DNA of 59,792 bases from Flavobacteriales bacterium (GCA_947487175.1 CANKVM010000003.1:1-59792), one strand, 5' to 3'. Shown: positions 28,420-39,707, numbered from the stretch's first letter. Made by a program: numbers and translations. Notes: generated from the sequence alone by a model not told the origin.

Positions 28420-30450
28420 TTGCAAATCAAATTGAAAAAACAATTTAAACATATCTTATTTGTGGTTTGTGTGCTCACACTTTTTATTCATAAAGTTGAT
28501 GCGCAAATTTTTCCAAACTCCCAAGGTTCTATGCTAGAGCCCAAGAGCGCAGACACCGCTAGTATGAAAAGAGATTCAATTGAAATGGCCAATAAGCCAA
28601 AAAAACTGCGTGCTTATCCCAAATCTCAGTTGGCAAATTCAATTTGGCAAATGAGGGATACTATGCACCAGTCAGACTCCACTTTTTCTAATTTTCACCG
28701 TTACTCGCCGTCAAGTAAACAAATTATTCCGAGTGCAAATCTCGGTGTAATTGGTTCACCAGAGAAACTTTTAGCCATACAACCTTTTAAGAATTCCGGC
28801 ATCCAAATAGGATTCCAACAGTTTCCATTACAAGGCAAAAATCCCGAGAATTTTGAATTTCATAAAGTATCGCAACCCTATACCAATGTAAAGTATTTAC
28901 AAGGCTCAGGCGGTATTATTGGATTAGATATTTTGCATACTCAAAATTTATCTGCCACATGGAATGTGACAATTGATTACAGCAGTATTTTGAATGAGGA
29001 TATGTACACCCCAAAAGTGGCACTTCAACAAAACTTAAATCGAAACACAATTTTAGGCAGTAATTTCACTTCAAAATCTGGTAAATACGAGCAACAGATT
29101 GTTTTCTCTTGGAATAGAAACCGCAGGCTTGAAAATGGGGGACTTAAAACGGATAGCTTGTTCTATGGACCAAATTTTCAGGCATCGAATTCAATTCAAC
29201 AACGTTTATTTGGAAACTACTATCCTAATTTAACAAATGCAAAATCATTTTGGGCACAAACAGACCACAGATTTAAGCATCGCTATTTTTTCGATTCATC
29301 CAAAACATTTGGAATTTCGCAAAGTTTACGTTTTCAAAAAGTAAGATTTCAATACACAGACAAAACTAGAGACACCACATTTTATGGCAATGAATACAAT
29401 TTCACCAAAAATAAAATTGCAGATAGTACGTCCTATAATCTATTTGAACACAAAATAGGGGTTAATTTTCAAAAAACTTTCTCATCGTTAACAGCCAACC
29501 TGCAAGTAAATCATGTTTTTCAATATTTAGATTATCAATATGATACATTTTTAACCAAAGTAAAAAGTTACTCCATAAATACACAAGGTTTTGAAGGTGT
29601 TATAAACACCAAATACAAGAGTTGGCAAATATTTGCAGAAGCAAATTTGTTTGTTTTAGGTTATGCTCAAAAAGCATTTTTATTAAACGCAGAATTGAAA
29701 AAAAGTTTCAGTAACGAATATTTTTTAACGCTGAGAGGACAAATTTCCAATCAACCCGTAGCGCAATATTTATCAACTTTCACAAACAATCATTACCATT
29801 TTTCGGCGGATAGCCTTCGCGCAACGCCTAGTAATCCTAATTTTACGCAACAACAATTTGCAAGTATAAATATTGTTAAAAAAGGGAAGTTTTTATGGGG
29901 AAACATGGGATTAACGTTGGGTAGTTTACAAAACGACTATATTGGCATAAACACCGCCATCCCTCAAAAAATAGACATTGTAAATTATGTTCAATTTTCA
30001 ACGGATGTTTCTTTGAAAATCGGTCATTTCATTTTCCAAGAACAGGTATTTTTACAGATAAATCAAAATAAAGAATTGGCAAATTACGGATTACCGAAAT
30101 TGAATGCACGTTCTGCCATTTTCTATCAAAATGAAGCCTTTGATCAGGCTTTATTATTTAGAATTGGTATTGAGGGAACTTACACGTCGCAATATATGCA
30201 AATCAATTACAGACCAGATGCTGGCGCATTTTATTGGAATACCAATAACTTAAATCCTTTAGGAAATTATCCGATATTCGACGTATTTATAAGTGGCAGA
30301 ATTCAAACGGTTGATCTATTCTTAAAATACGAACACTTAAATGAATGGCTCATTGTTCCTAGTGTTAATAAACGATACGAACAAGTTTATAAATACCCAA
30401 TTGAACCCTACCGTTTAAGATTTGGATTCAATTGGAGATTCTGGAATTAA
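28420..30450 (+). CDS. Putative porin (Bacteroidota Porin_10-like beta-barrel)
   Basis: Signal peptide; NLG..GSP plug region, HTQN, GNYP..DVF, C-terminal FGFNWRFWN. Confidence 0.75.
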   Translation: MQIKLKKQFKHILFVVCVLTLFIHKVDAQIFPNSQGSMLEPKSADTASMKRDSIEMANKPKKLRAYPKSQLANSIWQMRDTMHQSDSTFSNFHRYSPSSKQIIPSANLGVIGSPEKLLAIQPFKNSGIQIGFQQFPLQGKNPENFEFHKVSQPYTNVKYLQGSGGIIGLDILHTQNLSATWNVTIDYSSILNEDMYTPKVALQQNLNRNTILGSNFTSKSGKYEQQIVFSWNRNRRLENGGLKTDSLFYGPNFQASNSIQQRLFGNYYPNLTNAKSFWAQTDHRFKHRYFFDSSKTFGISQSLRFQKVRFQYTDKTRDTTFYGNEYNFTKNKIADSTSYNLFEHKIGVNFQKTFSSLTANLQVNHVFQYLDYQYDTFLTKVKSYSINTQGFEGVINTKYKSWQIFAEANLFVLGYAQKAFLLNAELKKSFSNEYFLTLRGQISNQPVAQYLSTFTNNHYHFSADSLRATPSNPNFTQQQFASINIVKKGKFLWGNMGLTLGSLQNDYIGINTAIPQKIDIVNYVQFSTDVSLKIGHFIFQEQVFLQINQNKELANYGLPKLNARSAIFYQNEAFDQALLFRIGIEGTYTSQYMQINYRPDAGAFYWNTNNLNPLGNYPIFDVFISGRIQTVDLFLKYEHLNEWLIVPSVNKRYEQVYKYPIEPYRLRFGFNWRFWN

Positions 30451-33263
30451 TGCGCTTCTAACCAGTTATTTCCAACACCGGTTTCCACCAAAATTGGAAC
30501 ATCTAATTGCATTGCCGATTCCATCAATTCTTTTACTTTAGATTGAACTATTTCTATTTCATTTTTAGGGACATCGAACAACAATTCATCATGCACTTGC
30601 AACATCATTTTGGTTTGCAAGGTGGTTGATTTCAACCAATTTTGAATATTAATCATGGCAATTTTAATCATATCGGCTGCACTTCCTTGAATTGGCGCAT
30701 TGATTGCATTTCGTTCCGCAAAACCTCTTACCACAGCATTTTTGCTATTGATATCTCTCAAATTGCGCTTTCTACCCACCAAAGTTTCTACATAGCCCAA
30801 ATCACGAGCAGAATTGATGGTATTATCCATATATGATTTAATACCTGGAAACTGAACAAAGTAATTTTCAATAATTTCTTTGGCCTCAGATCTTGGAATA
30901 TTTACCCTCTGGCTTAACCCAAAGGCAGAAATACCATAAATGATACCAAAATTGACTGTTTTTGCCTTTCTCCGCATTTCCTTATCTACATCAGCCAACT
31001 CAACACCCCAAACTTTGGCCGCTGTAGCCGTATGAATATCTAGACCTTGATTAAATGCTTCTATCATGGTAGCATCTTTTGAAATATGTGCAATGATTCT
31101 CAATTCTATTTGAGAATAATCTGCACTTAACAACAAATGATTTTCGTCTCTAGGAACAAACGCTTTTCTAATTTCTCTACCCAAATCAGTGCGAATTGGA
31201 ATATTTTGCAAATTCGGATTTTGGCTACTCAATCTTCCAGTTGCAGCTACGGCTTGGTTAAAACTTGTATGAACCCTTCCAGTTTGATTTTTAACCAACA
31301 ATGGCAAAGCATCAACGTAAGTACCTTTTAGCTTCTGCAAAGTTCTGAAATTCATGATATATTCAATAATTTCATGTTTACCCATCAACGACACAAGCGT
31401 TTCCTCGTCGGTTTGATATTGGCCTGTTTTTGTTTTCTTTGGCTTATCTGACAATTTCAACCTTTCAAACAATACAGCACCAACTTGCTGTGGCGAAGAA
31501 ATATTAAATTGCATTCCCGCACTTTCAAATATTTTTGTTTGTAATTCCAAAGCCGAAGATTGCAATTCTTTGCTATATGCATTTAGGAAATCCGTATCAA
31601 TTTTCACACCCTCTGATTCCATTTCCATAAGTACTTCAACCAAAGGAATTTCAATATCGTTAAAAACAGAGTTTAGGCCTCTATCCTCTATTTCAACCTT
31701 CAATTTTTGTTTCAATTGAAGCGTAACATCGGTATCTTCAGCTGCATATTCAGCAATTTTTTCTATGTCAACATCCGACATGTTGCCTTGCATTTTGCCT
31801 TTTTTACCAATTAATGTTTCAATACTAATTGGAGAATAATTCAAATAATGCTCACTTAAAACTTGCATATTATGGCGTTGGTCTGGCTCTACCAAATAAT
31901 GCGCCAACATGGTGTCATAAAACGGACAAACCATTTTTAGATCATATTTTTTTAGCATTGCCATATCAAATTTCAAATTCTGAGCAATTTTTAATTTATT
32001 TGAAAAAAATAAAGGTTGAAACTTTTGAAGGACATTTTTGGCTTCTTCAAAATTATTCGGCAGTGGCAAGTAAACCCCTTGGCCATTTAACCAAGAGAAT
32101 GAAATACCTACGATTTCAGCAACAAACAAATCTAAATCTGTTGTTTCTGTATCAAAACAAAATTCATCCTGATTGGATAGTTCTTGAATCAATTCTTGGA
32201 TTTCAGTATCTGTCAAAATGGCTTTATAACTGTGGGCTACATCTTGAATTGTTTGATAAACTGGCGCAGTAATTTCTTCTTCGTCTGATTCAGGCTGACT
32301 AAATAAATCGAACATTGAAGTTTGAGCTGGATTTGTTTTGGCAGCAGGTTTTGCTTTTGCAACAGAGGAATTGGATGTTTGTTCTTCTGATACTGTTACA
32401 CCTAAAACACGTTTCAATAAGGATCTAAATTCTAATTCATGAAATACTTCGGTGATAAGTTCTGCATTTTTGGGTTTAATTTCTAATGATTCTATGTCAA
32501 CATGAACTGGCACTTTGGTATCAATCGTTGCCAACCATTTACTTACCTTAGCTTGTTCAGAAAACTCTTCAAATTTTTCTTTCATCTTGCCTTTTAATTC
32601 ATGGGTATGGGCCAAAATATTTTCCATTGTACCATATTCTTGAATTAATTTTTTGGCAGTTTTTTCGCCAACACCCGGAACACCAGGAATATTATCTGCG
32701 GCATCGCCCCACAATCCCAAAATGTCAATTACCTGATCAACCCTTTCAATTTCCCACTTTTTTAGGATTTCATTCACCCCCAAAATTTCATCAGGATTGC
32801 CCATTCTGCCAGGTTTATAAATATGAACCCTCTCTTTTACCAATTGCCCAAAATCTTTGTCGGGGGTCATCATAAACACATCCATATTTTCAGCTTGCCA
32901 AGCCAATGTTCCAATGATGTCGTCAGCTTCATATCCATCCATCGAAATCACCTGAATATTAAAGCCATTCAAAATTTTAACAATATAAGGCAAGCTTTTT
33001 CTTAGGTCTTCTGGCATTGGATCTCTGTGTGCCTTATATTTTTCGTACTCAATATGTCGTTGAGTAGGTTTGTCTGTATCAAAAACCACAGCAATATGAG
33101 TGGGTTTTTGTTTATTAAGAATGTCTAACAAAGTATTTGTAAAACCTAACATGGCACTTGCATTTATTCCAGTGCTTGTAATTCTTGGATTTTGGCTAAA
33201 CGCAAAAAAGGCCCGATAAACGAGGGCCATACCATCTAATAAAAACAATTTCCGCTCTTGCAT
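30447..33263 (-). CDS. polA: DNA polymerase I (ATG 33263 preferred over TTG 33275)
   Basis: LLDGMALVYRA 5'-nuclease, DTETT, ADYSQIELR, K.VNFGIIYG, QVHDEL. Confidence 0.97.
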   Translation of the reverse strand: MQERKLFLLDGMALVYRAFFAFSQNPRITSTGINASAMLGFTNTLLDILNKQKPTHIAVVFDTDKPTQRHIEYEKYKAHRDPMPEDLRKSLPYIVKILNGFNIQVISMDGYEADDIIGTLAWQAENMDVFMMTPDKDFGQLVKERVHIYKPGRMGNPDEILGVNEILKKWEIERVDQVIDILGLWGDAADNIPGVPGVGEKTAKKLIQEYGTMENILAHTHELKGKMKEKFEEFSEQAKVSKWLATIDTKVPVHVDIESLEIKPKNAELITEVFHELEFRSLLKRVLGVTVSEEQTSNSSVAKAKPAAKTNPAQTSMFDLFSQPESDEEEITAPVYQTIQDVAHSYKAILTDTEIQELIQELSNQDEFCFDTETTDLDLFVAEIVGISFSWLNGQGVYLPLPNNFEEAKNVLQKFQPLFFSNKLKIAQNLKFDMAMLKKYDLKMVCPFYDTMLAHYLVEPDQRHNMQVLSEHYLNYSPISIETLIGKKGKMQGNMSDVDIEKIAEYAAEDTDVTLQLKQKLKVEIEDRGLNSVFNDIEIPLVEVLMEMESEGVKIDTDFLNAYSKELQSSALELQTKIFESAGMQFNISSPQQVGAVLFERLKLSDKPKKTKTGQYQTDEETLVSLMGKHEIIEYIMNFRTLQKLKGTYVDALPLLVKNQTGRVHTSFNQAVAATGRLSSQNPNLQNIPIRTDLGREIRKAFVPRDENHLLLSADYSQIELRIIAHISKDATMIEAFNQGLDIHTATAAKVWGVELADVDKEMRRKAKTVNFGIIYGISAFGLSQRVNIPRSEAKEIIENYFVQFPGIKSYMDNTINSARDLGYVETLVGRKRNLRDINSKNAVVRGFAERNAINAPIQGSAADMIKIAMINIQNWLKSTTLQTKMMLQVHDELLFDVPKNEIEIVQSKVKELMESAMQLDVPILVETGVGNNWLEAH

Positions 33264-33308
33264 ATGAGGTAGCAAGTTAAGAAATTTTTTGCCTAAAATT
33301 TGATTTAT

Positions 33309-33800
33309 TTATTGCTTTTTTACAAATCCAAGTGATGCTCCATTGATACAATATCTCAAACCCGTAGGTTGATTATATCCATCATTAAAAACATGTCCCA
33401 AATGACCTCCACAATTCGCACAAACCACTTCAACTCTTGTCATTCCGTAAGCTGTATCAAGAATTTCTTTCACTTTTGATTTATCAATAGATTGATAAAA
33501 ACTTGGCCATCCACAGCCTGCGTCGAATTTTGTATTGCTTGAAAACAATTCGGAATTACAACCTTTACAAACATAAGTGCCAGAATCCCAAAGCGTTTCA
33601 TATTCACTTGAATATGGTTTTTCCGTTCCTTTTTCCCTCATGACATTAAAAGAAAAGTCACCTAAAATTGCTTTCCACTCATTATCTGTTTTCTCTATTG
33701 GAAATTTATTGCTATCCTGCTCCATATTTGTTTTTTTGTTTTTAGAAATGGACGAACATCCAACGAAATAAAACACGATTGCCAATATTACCCATTTCAT
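33309..33800 (-). CDS. msrB: Peptide-methionine (R)-S-oxide reductase, probably lipoprotein-anchored
   Basis: FVGC lipobox; two CxxC; GCGWPSF, GHLGHVF, RYCING. Confidence 0.93.
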   Translation of the reverse strand: MKWVILAIVFYFVGCSSISKNKKTNMEQDSNKFPIEKTDNEWKAILGDFSFNVMREKGTEKPYSSEYETLWDSGTYVCKGCNSELFSSNTKFDAGCGWPSFYQSIDKSKVKEILDTAYGMTRVEVVCANCGGHLGHVFNDGYNQPTGLRYCINGASLGFVKKQ

Positions 33801-33864
33801 ATTTGTTTAACAATATAATGGTTTGATTGTTTTATAAATGATTCAAATCCTTGAACTTTGCCTT

Positions 33865-34506
33865 GTGAATTTCTTCGGACATTACTTTTTAGATCAAATA
33901 CCCAATAATCCGAAACATAATTTTGGAATATTAACTCCCGATTTGCTCAGAAATTTCACAGCAAATCTTTATGATAAAAATTTATTGCATCACTTAAAAG
34001 ATAGCGATTGGCAAACAGGAGTAATAAAGCACTTCGAAAGAGACAAACATTTTCATCAGTCTGTATTTTTCAAAGAAACATACGAATCATGTCATAAAAT
34101 AACCAAGAATACATTTCAAAAAACCGGCATCCCAAGATTTTACTTTGCACTCCACGTATTGATTGAAATGATTTTAGATAAGGTTCTTATTAGTGAAGAT
34201 GAAAGTAAACTTTACGAATTTTATGAGCAATTGGAATTATGCAAAAATGAAATTCCAAATTTACTAGAACAGATCAACCACCAAAATCCCAATCTTTTTT
34301 TAGAACGTTATAACCGTTTTTTAGAATCAAAGTACTTATTTAAGTACCTAAATAAGTCAGGAATTGTATATGGTTTAAATAGAATTTACATTCAAGTGAA
34401 TGCGTATCAACTTGAATGGAATGAAGAACAAAAAAACGAATTAGAAAAACTTGTTTCAATTATTGAATTAGCAATTCGGGAAAACATTACAAAGTTGAAT
34501 TCCTAA
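33865..34506 (+). CDS. ACP phosphodiesterase-like (AcpH/DUF479) protein; start likely GTG 33865
   Basis: MNFFGH N-terminus, PD motif, G...H...D..FH; GAACTTTG-N4-GTG upstream. Confidence 0.6.
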   Translation: MNFFGHYFLDQIPNNPKHNFGILTPDLLRNFTANLYDKNLLHHLKDSDWQTGVIKHFERDKHFHQSVFFKETYESCHKITKNTFQKTGIPRFYFALHVLIEMILDKVLISEDESKLYEFYEQLELCKNEIPNLLEQINHQNPNLFLERYNRFLESKYLFKYLNKSGIVYGLNRIYIQVNAYQLEWNEEQKNELEKLVSIIELAIRENITKLNS

Positions 34507-35479
34507 AAAGCGTATAAATCAAAAACAAAAGAGTCATTATATGTAAAAACTCTTTCCATTTCCTCCATTTATTTCCCTCATAAAAACTAGAAATAAATAT
34601 TGAAACTGGAATTGATGCAACAATAAAATAGTGTGAGTAATCCTTAAATCTGATAAAAAAGATTGAAAGCACATAGAATCCAAAAATCAACATTGCCAAT
34701 TTACTACGCCTGGTATCAACATTTGATCTAAAATAATTGCCAACAATTTGCAATACTCCAACAAATACAAAAATCAACACCACAAACAACAACAAAATTT
34801 CAGGACCATCTTTGAGCCAATGGAAGTCTAAAGTCTTATTTTTAATTACCCAAAATTGCCAAGTATTATAAAAATCATAAGAGAAATTTGATAAATATCC
34901 AATTGCTGAAACCAAATAATAAGGCATGATTAATCCAAATAAAATAGCAAATATATCCAATGGCAAAATGGTTTTAAAAAAAATGACTGCAAAAATTAAA
35001 AAGATGATTATCCAATAATGTTCAGCAATGCACAAAGCACTAATTCCAAAAAAAAGCGAACTTAAAAAAAGCCATCGTCTGTGATAATTATTCTTGATAT
35101 AAAGGTAAAAATATGTTAATCCTATTAATACAAAAATATTTCCTACCTGCACATTTGACAGGTAAAAATTCTCTAAAAAACATGAATTTACAATTGCAAA
35201 AAAATACAAAATAACATATCCGGGCTTTTCAACAATATTGTACTCCCAACATAACTTATTGACAATTAATCCTTCAATAATTACAATTATAAATGAAAGA
35301 ACAAAAGACAACCATCGTACCGAATTTATTTCATTGATAAAAGTAGATAATATTCCTGTATTTAAAGTAGTACTTGGTTGATATTTTGTAACAAAATAAA
35401 TGGGAATTCGAATGAACATGATTACCAAAATAACCAACGTCAAAGAACCAATTTTATTATCAAAAAACTTCCTAATCAT
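34487..35479 (-). CDS. Polytopic membrane protein (DUF6427-like)
   Basis: About 9-10 hydrophobic segments; FGLIMPYY. Confidence 0.55.
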   Translation of the reverse strand: MIRKFFDNKIGSLTLVILVIMFIRIPIYFVTKYQPSTTLNTGILSTFINEINSVRWLSFVLSFIIVIIEGLIVNKLCWEYNIVEKPGYVILYFFAIVNSCFLENFYLSNVQVGNIFVLIGLTYFYLYIKNNYHRRWLFLSSLFFGISALCIAEHYWIIIFLIFAVIFFKTILPLDIFAILFGLIMPYYLVSAIGYLSNFSYDFYNTWQFWVIKNKTLDFHWLKDGPEILLLFVVLIFVFVGVLQIVGNYFRSNVDTRRSKLAMLIFGFYVLSIFFIRFKDYSHYFIVASIPVSIFISSFYEGNKWRKWKEFLHIMTLLFLIYTLFRNSTL

Positions 35480-36938
35480 TGCCTGTTAACTGCATCCAAA
35501 ACCATTGTTTATCGCGGAACAAAGGTACCGTAAATGTACAATAATCCATCTCTTTTCCATCAAATGGAACCGCCAAATTATAGAAATTATCACTATTCAT
35601 GATAACTTTTTTCACAATTTGGAAATTCGGTTGAATGCAATAATCCAAAATCTGATTTTTTCTGGCTATATCATCATTAAAAATGACATGAATTCCATCT
35701 TTACATACATAGCTTCCAAAACCTAGTAAATAGGCATTTGAAATTGTAGCTGATTGATCTTTTTTGATTGAAACACAACTATCCAATGCAAAATCTTTAT
35801 TCATGAATAAACCAAAAACATTGCCGTAATGGTAGGATATTTTTGTTGCAGTTTGTGGAATTCCATTTACATAGTAAGTTTCCAATTGTCGGAGTTCATT
35901 AAATTGCTCTAACAAAAATAACTTGTTCCCATTCGCATTCAAAATCAAACGTCTCAAATATAAATTTCTAGGCAGTTCTTTCCTTTTATTGTTTTTAATT
36001 TCTAAAATTTGATCAATTGTACTTTGCTGAAATTCATAATCAAAATAATTTTTTTGAGGGAAATTCACACTTGAAATTACCTGATCAAAACATCCAATTA
36101 CATCCATTCCGTTTGCATTTGAATAAAGACCACTTATATGCCAATCCTGCTTTATCGGATCTACAGTTAAAATTGAATGCATGTATGTTCCATTATGCAA
36201 GTTTAATTTAAAAATATCACTCACTTTTTCAGAAAAAGCACAAAGATGTAACTCCTGATTTTTTGTAGATTTAGACCCAAACTCTCTCGGTAAATTCGCC
36301 AAAATAGCACCGACAAATTTTGCACTATCAGACAAAGAACCTCCATCCCAAATCAAATAGTCTCTGGGTATTTTAAGCGTGTCCGAGTTTTGAAATACCC
36401 TTTCCCCTTTTAAATTATAAATATAAACACCAATCAAACTTGTATTTCTTTTAATTTCATTTATGTATCCAAAAACCCATTGCTTTCTATCTAAACTAAA
36501 ATCAACCAACAAATGATCAATACTTATGTTGGGCAATTCGAAACTTGAAATAATCTTTGTTTCAACAATTCCATCTAAATTGTTCCCAATTTTATTTAGA
36601 AACAACCTTAAAGGCTCCTTTCTTTTTTTCAAAACACTAACCCAATAGATTCCGGAATCAGTAGTAAAAATTTTTAATACATAAACCTTTCTCGCCAATT
36701 CAAAAAATCGATCCTCAATAAAACCCAAATCATTGTCATAACGCTCTATACTAAAGCCACCCACCAAATTTTCTCTGGCATAATTTAAAAAATAATTGCC
36801 AAAATCATTCTGCCCAATGGGTCTATGGTACAAACTATTTTTTTGATTTAATTGCGATTTATTCGACAAAATATACTGTTGTGCATTTACTTCCAAACTC
36901 AACAAAAAAAGGGAAATTACCAATAGTATTTTGCGCAT
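35472..36938 (-). CDS. Hypothetical exported beta-rich protein
   Basis: Signal peptide MRKILL...VNAQ from ATG 36938; stop overlaps the next gene. Confidence 0.65.
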   Translation of the reverse strand: MRKILLVISLFLLSLEVNAQQYILSNKSQLNQKNSLYHRPIGQNDFGNYFLNYARENLVGGFSIERYDNDLGFIEDRFFELARKVYVLKIFTTDSGIYWVSVLKKRKEPLRLFLNKIGNNLDGIVETKIISSFELPNISIDHLLVDFSLDRKQWVFGYINEIKRNTSLIGVYIYNLKGERVFQNSDTLKIPRDYLIWDGGSLSDSAKFVGAILANLPREFGSKSTKNQELHLCAFSEKVSDIFKLNLHNGTYMHSILTVDPIKQDWHISGLYSNANGMDVIGCFDQVISSVNFPQKNYFDYEFQQSTIDQILEIKNNKRKELPRNLYLRRLILNANGNKLFLLEQFNELRQLETYYVNGIPQTATKISYHYGNVFGLFMNKDFALDSCVSIKKDQSATISNAYLLGFGSYVCKDGIHVIFNDDIARKNQILDYCIQPNFQIVKKVIMNSDNFYNLAVPFDGKEMDYCTFTVPLFRDKQWFWMQLTGND

Positions 36939-37011
36939 ATCCCTCAAAATTCGATTTCAAACACCACATTCGCAAATACAATCGTAATTTTGTACTCTAA
37001 TTTGAATTATT

Positions 37012-38184
37012 TTGATAGAAAACGAAAAACCTCAAGAAATTGCCATTATTGTGGGAGTACAATCTCAAAGGCAAGAATTGCCAGTAGATGAATATCTTGA
37101 TGAACTTGAGCAATTGGTTTATACGTCGGGAGCAAAAAGCATTAAAAGATTTACCCAAAAACTTGAACACCCCCACGCCAAAACCTATGTTGGAAAAGGA
37201 AAAATGCAAGAAATTGCAGAATACTGCAAAAACAACAGAATTGATATTGCAATATTTGACGATGAATTAAGCCCTGCACAAGTTAGAAATCTTGAAAAAG
37301 AAATAATTGACGTTAAAGTACTTACTAGGACACATTTGATTCTCGATATTTTTGCAAAAAATGCACAAACTGCCCAAGCCAAAACACAAGTTGAATTGGC
37401 GCAAAGTGTTTTCTTATTGCCACGACTTACCGGTATGTGGACGCATTTAAGTAAACAAAAAGGGGGTATTGGTATGAAGGGGCCCGGTGAAACTGAAATC
37501 GAAACCGACAGACGTACGCTGAGAGCAAAAATTACCCTTTTAAAAGAACGTCTACTTCATATTGAAAAAATCGGGATAACACAAAGAGCCTCTAGAGAAG
37601 GTGCCCTTAGGGCTGCACTGGTTGGATATACAAACGTTGGTAAAAGTACAATCATGAACTTATTAAGTCGTTCTGATGTATTGGTTGAAGACAAATTTTT
37701 TGCCACTTTAGATTCTACTGTGCGTAAAATTGTATTGCCTAATCCTTTAGAAGAAGGCCAAAATGTTCCAATTTTGTTAAGTGATACAGTAGGATTTATT
37801 AGAAAACTACCTACTCTTCTGGTAGAAAGTTTCAAAAGCACTTTGGCAGAAGCATTGGAAGCCGATTTATTGATACATGTTGTTGATATTAGTAATCCAA
37901 ATTACGAAAAACAAATGCAATCTGTAAAAGAAACACTGCATAGCATTGGTGCTTCCGATAAACCAGAATTAATTGTTTTTAATAAAGTTGATGCTTTTAA
38001 GGGACATGACGACGATTTCTTTGTTGGAACAACAGGTTTAACTATTGAGCAATTTGAAAAAAGCTGGATGGCGAAAGAAAATGCTCCTGCCGTATTTATT
38101 TCAGCAACCAATAAAACCAATGTAGACCGATTAAGAGATTCAGTAGTTACCGAATTGTTAAAAGTTCGTACACCCGGATATTGA
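37012..38184 (+). CDS. hflX: Ribosome-splitting GTPase
   Basis: GKGK..E, GPGETEIETDRR, GYTNVGKST, FATLD, DTVGFI, NKVD. Confidence 0.96.
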   Translation: MIENEKPQEIAIIVGVQSQRQELPVDEYLDELEQLVYTSGAKSIKRFTQKLEHPHAKTYVGKGKMQEIAEYCKNNRIDIAIFDDELSPAQVRNLEKEIIDVKVLTRTHLILDIFAKNAQTAQAKTQVELAQSVFLLPRLTGMWTHLSKQKGGIGMKGPGETEIETDRRTLRAKITLLKERLLHIEKIGITQRASREGALRAALVGYTNVGKSTIMNLLSRSDVLVEDKFFATLDSTVRKIVLPNPLEEGQNVPILLSDTVGFIRKLPTLLVESFKSTLAEALEADLLIHVVDISNPNYEKQMQSVKETLHSIGASDKPELIVFNKVDAFKGHDDDFFVGTTGLTIEQFEKSWMAKENAPAVFISATNKTNVDRLRDSVVTELLKVRTPGY

Positions 38185-38205
38185 TTTTTTAAACTTCTAT
38201 AACAT

Positions 38206-38233
38206 AAAAAGAGCGGCACTTGCCGCTCTTTTT
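38206..38233. terminator. Bidirectional intrinsic terminator
   Basis: AAAAAGAGCGGC-actt-GCCGCTCTTTTT. Confidence 0.88.
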
Positions 38234-38453
38234 ATAATTCGTCTTCGTTGAAGAAATAATCATCATCCGTAGGATAATCACTCCAGATTTCTTCGATACT
38301 CTCATAAGGTTCCCCATCATCTTCCAATTCTTGAAGATTTTCGATAACCTCTAAAGGAGCGCCCGAACGAATTCCATAGTCAATTAATTCATCTTTCGTT
38401 GCTGGCCATGGAGCGTCGTCCAAATAACCAACCAATTCAAGTGTCCAATACAT
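38232..38453 (-). CDS. DUF2795 domain small acidic protein
   Basis: MYWTLEL...DAPWPATKDELIDY..RSGAPLEV, a conserved Bacteroidota family. Confidence 0.9.
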   Translation of the reverse strand: MYWTLELVGYLDDAPWPATKDELIDYGIRSGAPLEVIENLQELEDDGEPYESIEEIWSDYPTDDDYFFNEDEL

Positions 38454-38537
38454 AAGCTTTATTTATTAAGTTTTAATTTAGCGCGAAAATATATTTTTAT
38501 TTGTATAAAACAACACCATTTTTGTAATCATTTTATT

Positions 38538-39185
38538 ATGCACCCAGATTGGCAAGACAAACTTCATCTTTATTGTGAACAAAATAGCAGTCCAGAACAG
38601 CAATATCTGAAAGATGTTACTGCTTTTACATGGCGAAACATGTTAAATGCCAGACAATTAAGTGGAAAACTTCAAGGACAGCTATTGTCTATGTTGGTTG
38701 CGCTAAAAAATCCCCAATGTATTTTAGAAATAGGAACATTTACGGGGTATGCAACGGCCTGTTTAACCGAAAATGCATCTCAAGAAACACAAATTCATAC
38801 CATTGAAGCCGATCTTGAGACCGCTTTTAAAACAAAATCATTCTGGAAAAACTATAATTTCATGAATAAAGTACAATTTCACGAAGGCCCAGCACTTGAA
38901 ATTTTGCCCCCATTAAATTTAAATCCCGATTTTATTTTTGTTGATGCCGACAAGCATAATTATATCAATTACTTCAATATGTGCTTTCCAATATTACAAA
39001 AGGGCGGAATTATGCTTTTTGACAATACACTTTGGAGCGGAAAAGTTTTAGATAACGAATTCATACAAAATGACAAAGACACAAAAAATATGCATGCCTT
39101 TAACCAAGAGATTGCAAAATGTACAAATTGGAAGACGCTTTTGTTGCCTATTCGCGATGGATTAACCGCAATAATTAAAAATTAA
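38538..39185 (+). CDS. Class I SAM-dependent O-methyltransferase (YrrM/CCoAOMT-like)
   Basis: LEIGTFTGY, FVDADK, DNTLW, PIRDGL. Confidence 0.88.
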   Translation: MHPDWQDKLHLYCEQNSSPEQQYLKDVTAFTWRNMLNARQLSGKLQGQLLSMLVALKNPQCILEIGTFTGYATACLTENASQETQIHTIEADLETAFKTKSFWKNYNFMNKVQFHEGPALEILPPLNLNPDFIFVDADKHNYINYFNMCFPILQKGGIMLFDNTLWSGKVLDNEFIQNDKDTKNMHAFNQEIAKCTNWKTLLLPIRDGLTAIIKN

Positions 39186-39631
39186 CCGCGCAACTTATCG
39201 AGCAAATTGCTCAAAATTACAGCTTCCTCTTCCGTTATGGTAGCAACTTTTTCATTAAATTCAATCATAATTGGATCGATTAAATTCAACATTTTTAACC
39301 CATCCTCGGTAATTCTGATGTTCATTTTGCGCCTATTGCCATCATCGATACAACGATCAATCAGATTACGCTTTAATAATCTGTCGCACAACCTGGTTAA
39401 ATCAGGGTTTTTATCTAACATTACCGCTTTTATATCGGAGGGATTTAATGACTCAGGATATTTACCTCTAAGAATACGCAATACATTATATTGCTGAGGA
39501 GTTAAATTGTGGTTCTTGAAAACATCGCGAAGGTGATTACTCAGCCATCCATCGGTGAACATGATATTTACAACGGCTTTATGAACTGCCGATGTAAATT
39601 TATCTTGTTTTAACTCTTCTTCAATTTTCAC
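39182..39631 (-). CDS. MarR-family transcriptional regulator (GTG start)
   Basis: LTPQQYNVLRILRG, TRL.DRL, NRR....IT..G. Confidence 0.9.
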   Translation of the reverse strand: MKIEEELKQDKFTSAVHKAVVNIMFTDGWLSNHLRDVFKNHNLTPQQYNVLRILRGKYPESLNPSDIKAVMLDKNPDLTRLCDRLLKRNLIDRCIDDGNRRKMNIRITEDGLKMLNLIDPIMIEFNEKVATITEEEAVILSNLLDKLRG

Positions 39632-39707
39632 TACGATACAAATTAAATACTAAATAATTATAAATATAGTATCTCATTCAATCATTAATGATTATTACCT
39701 TTGCATT

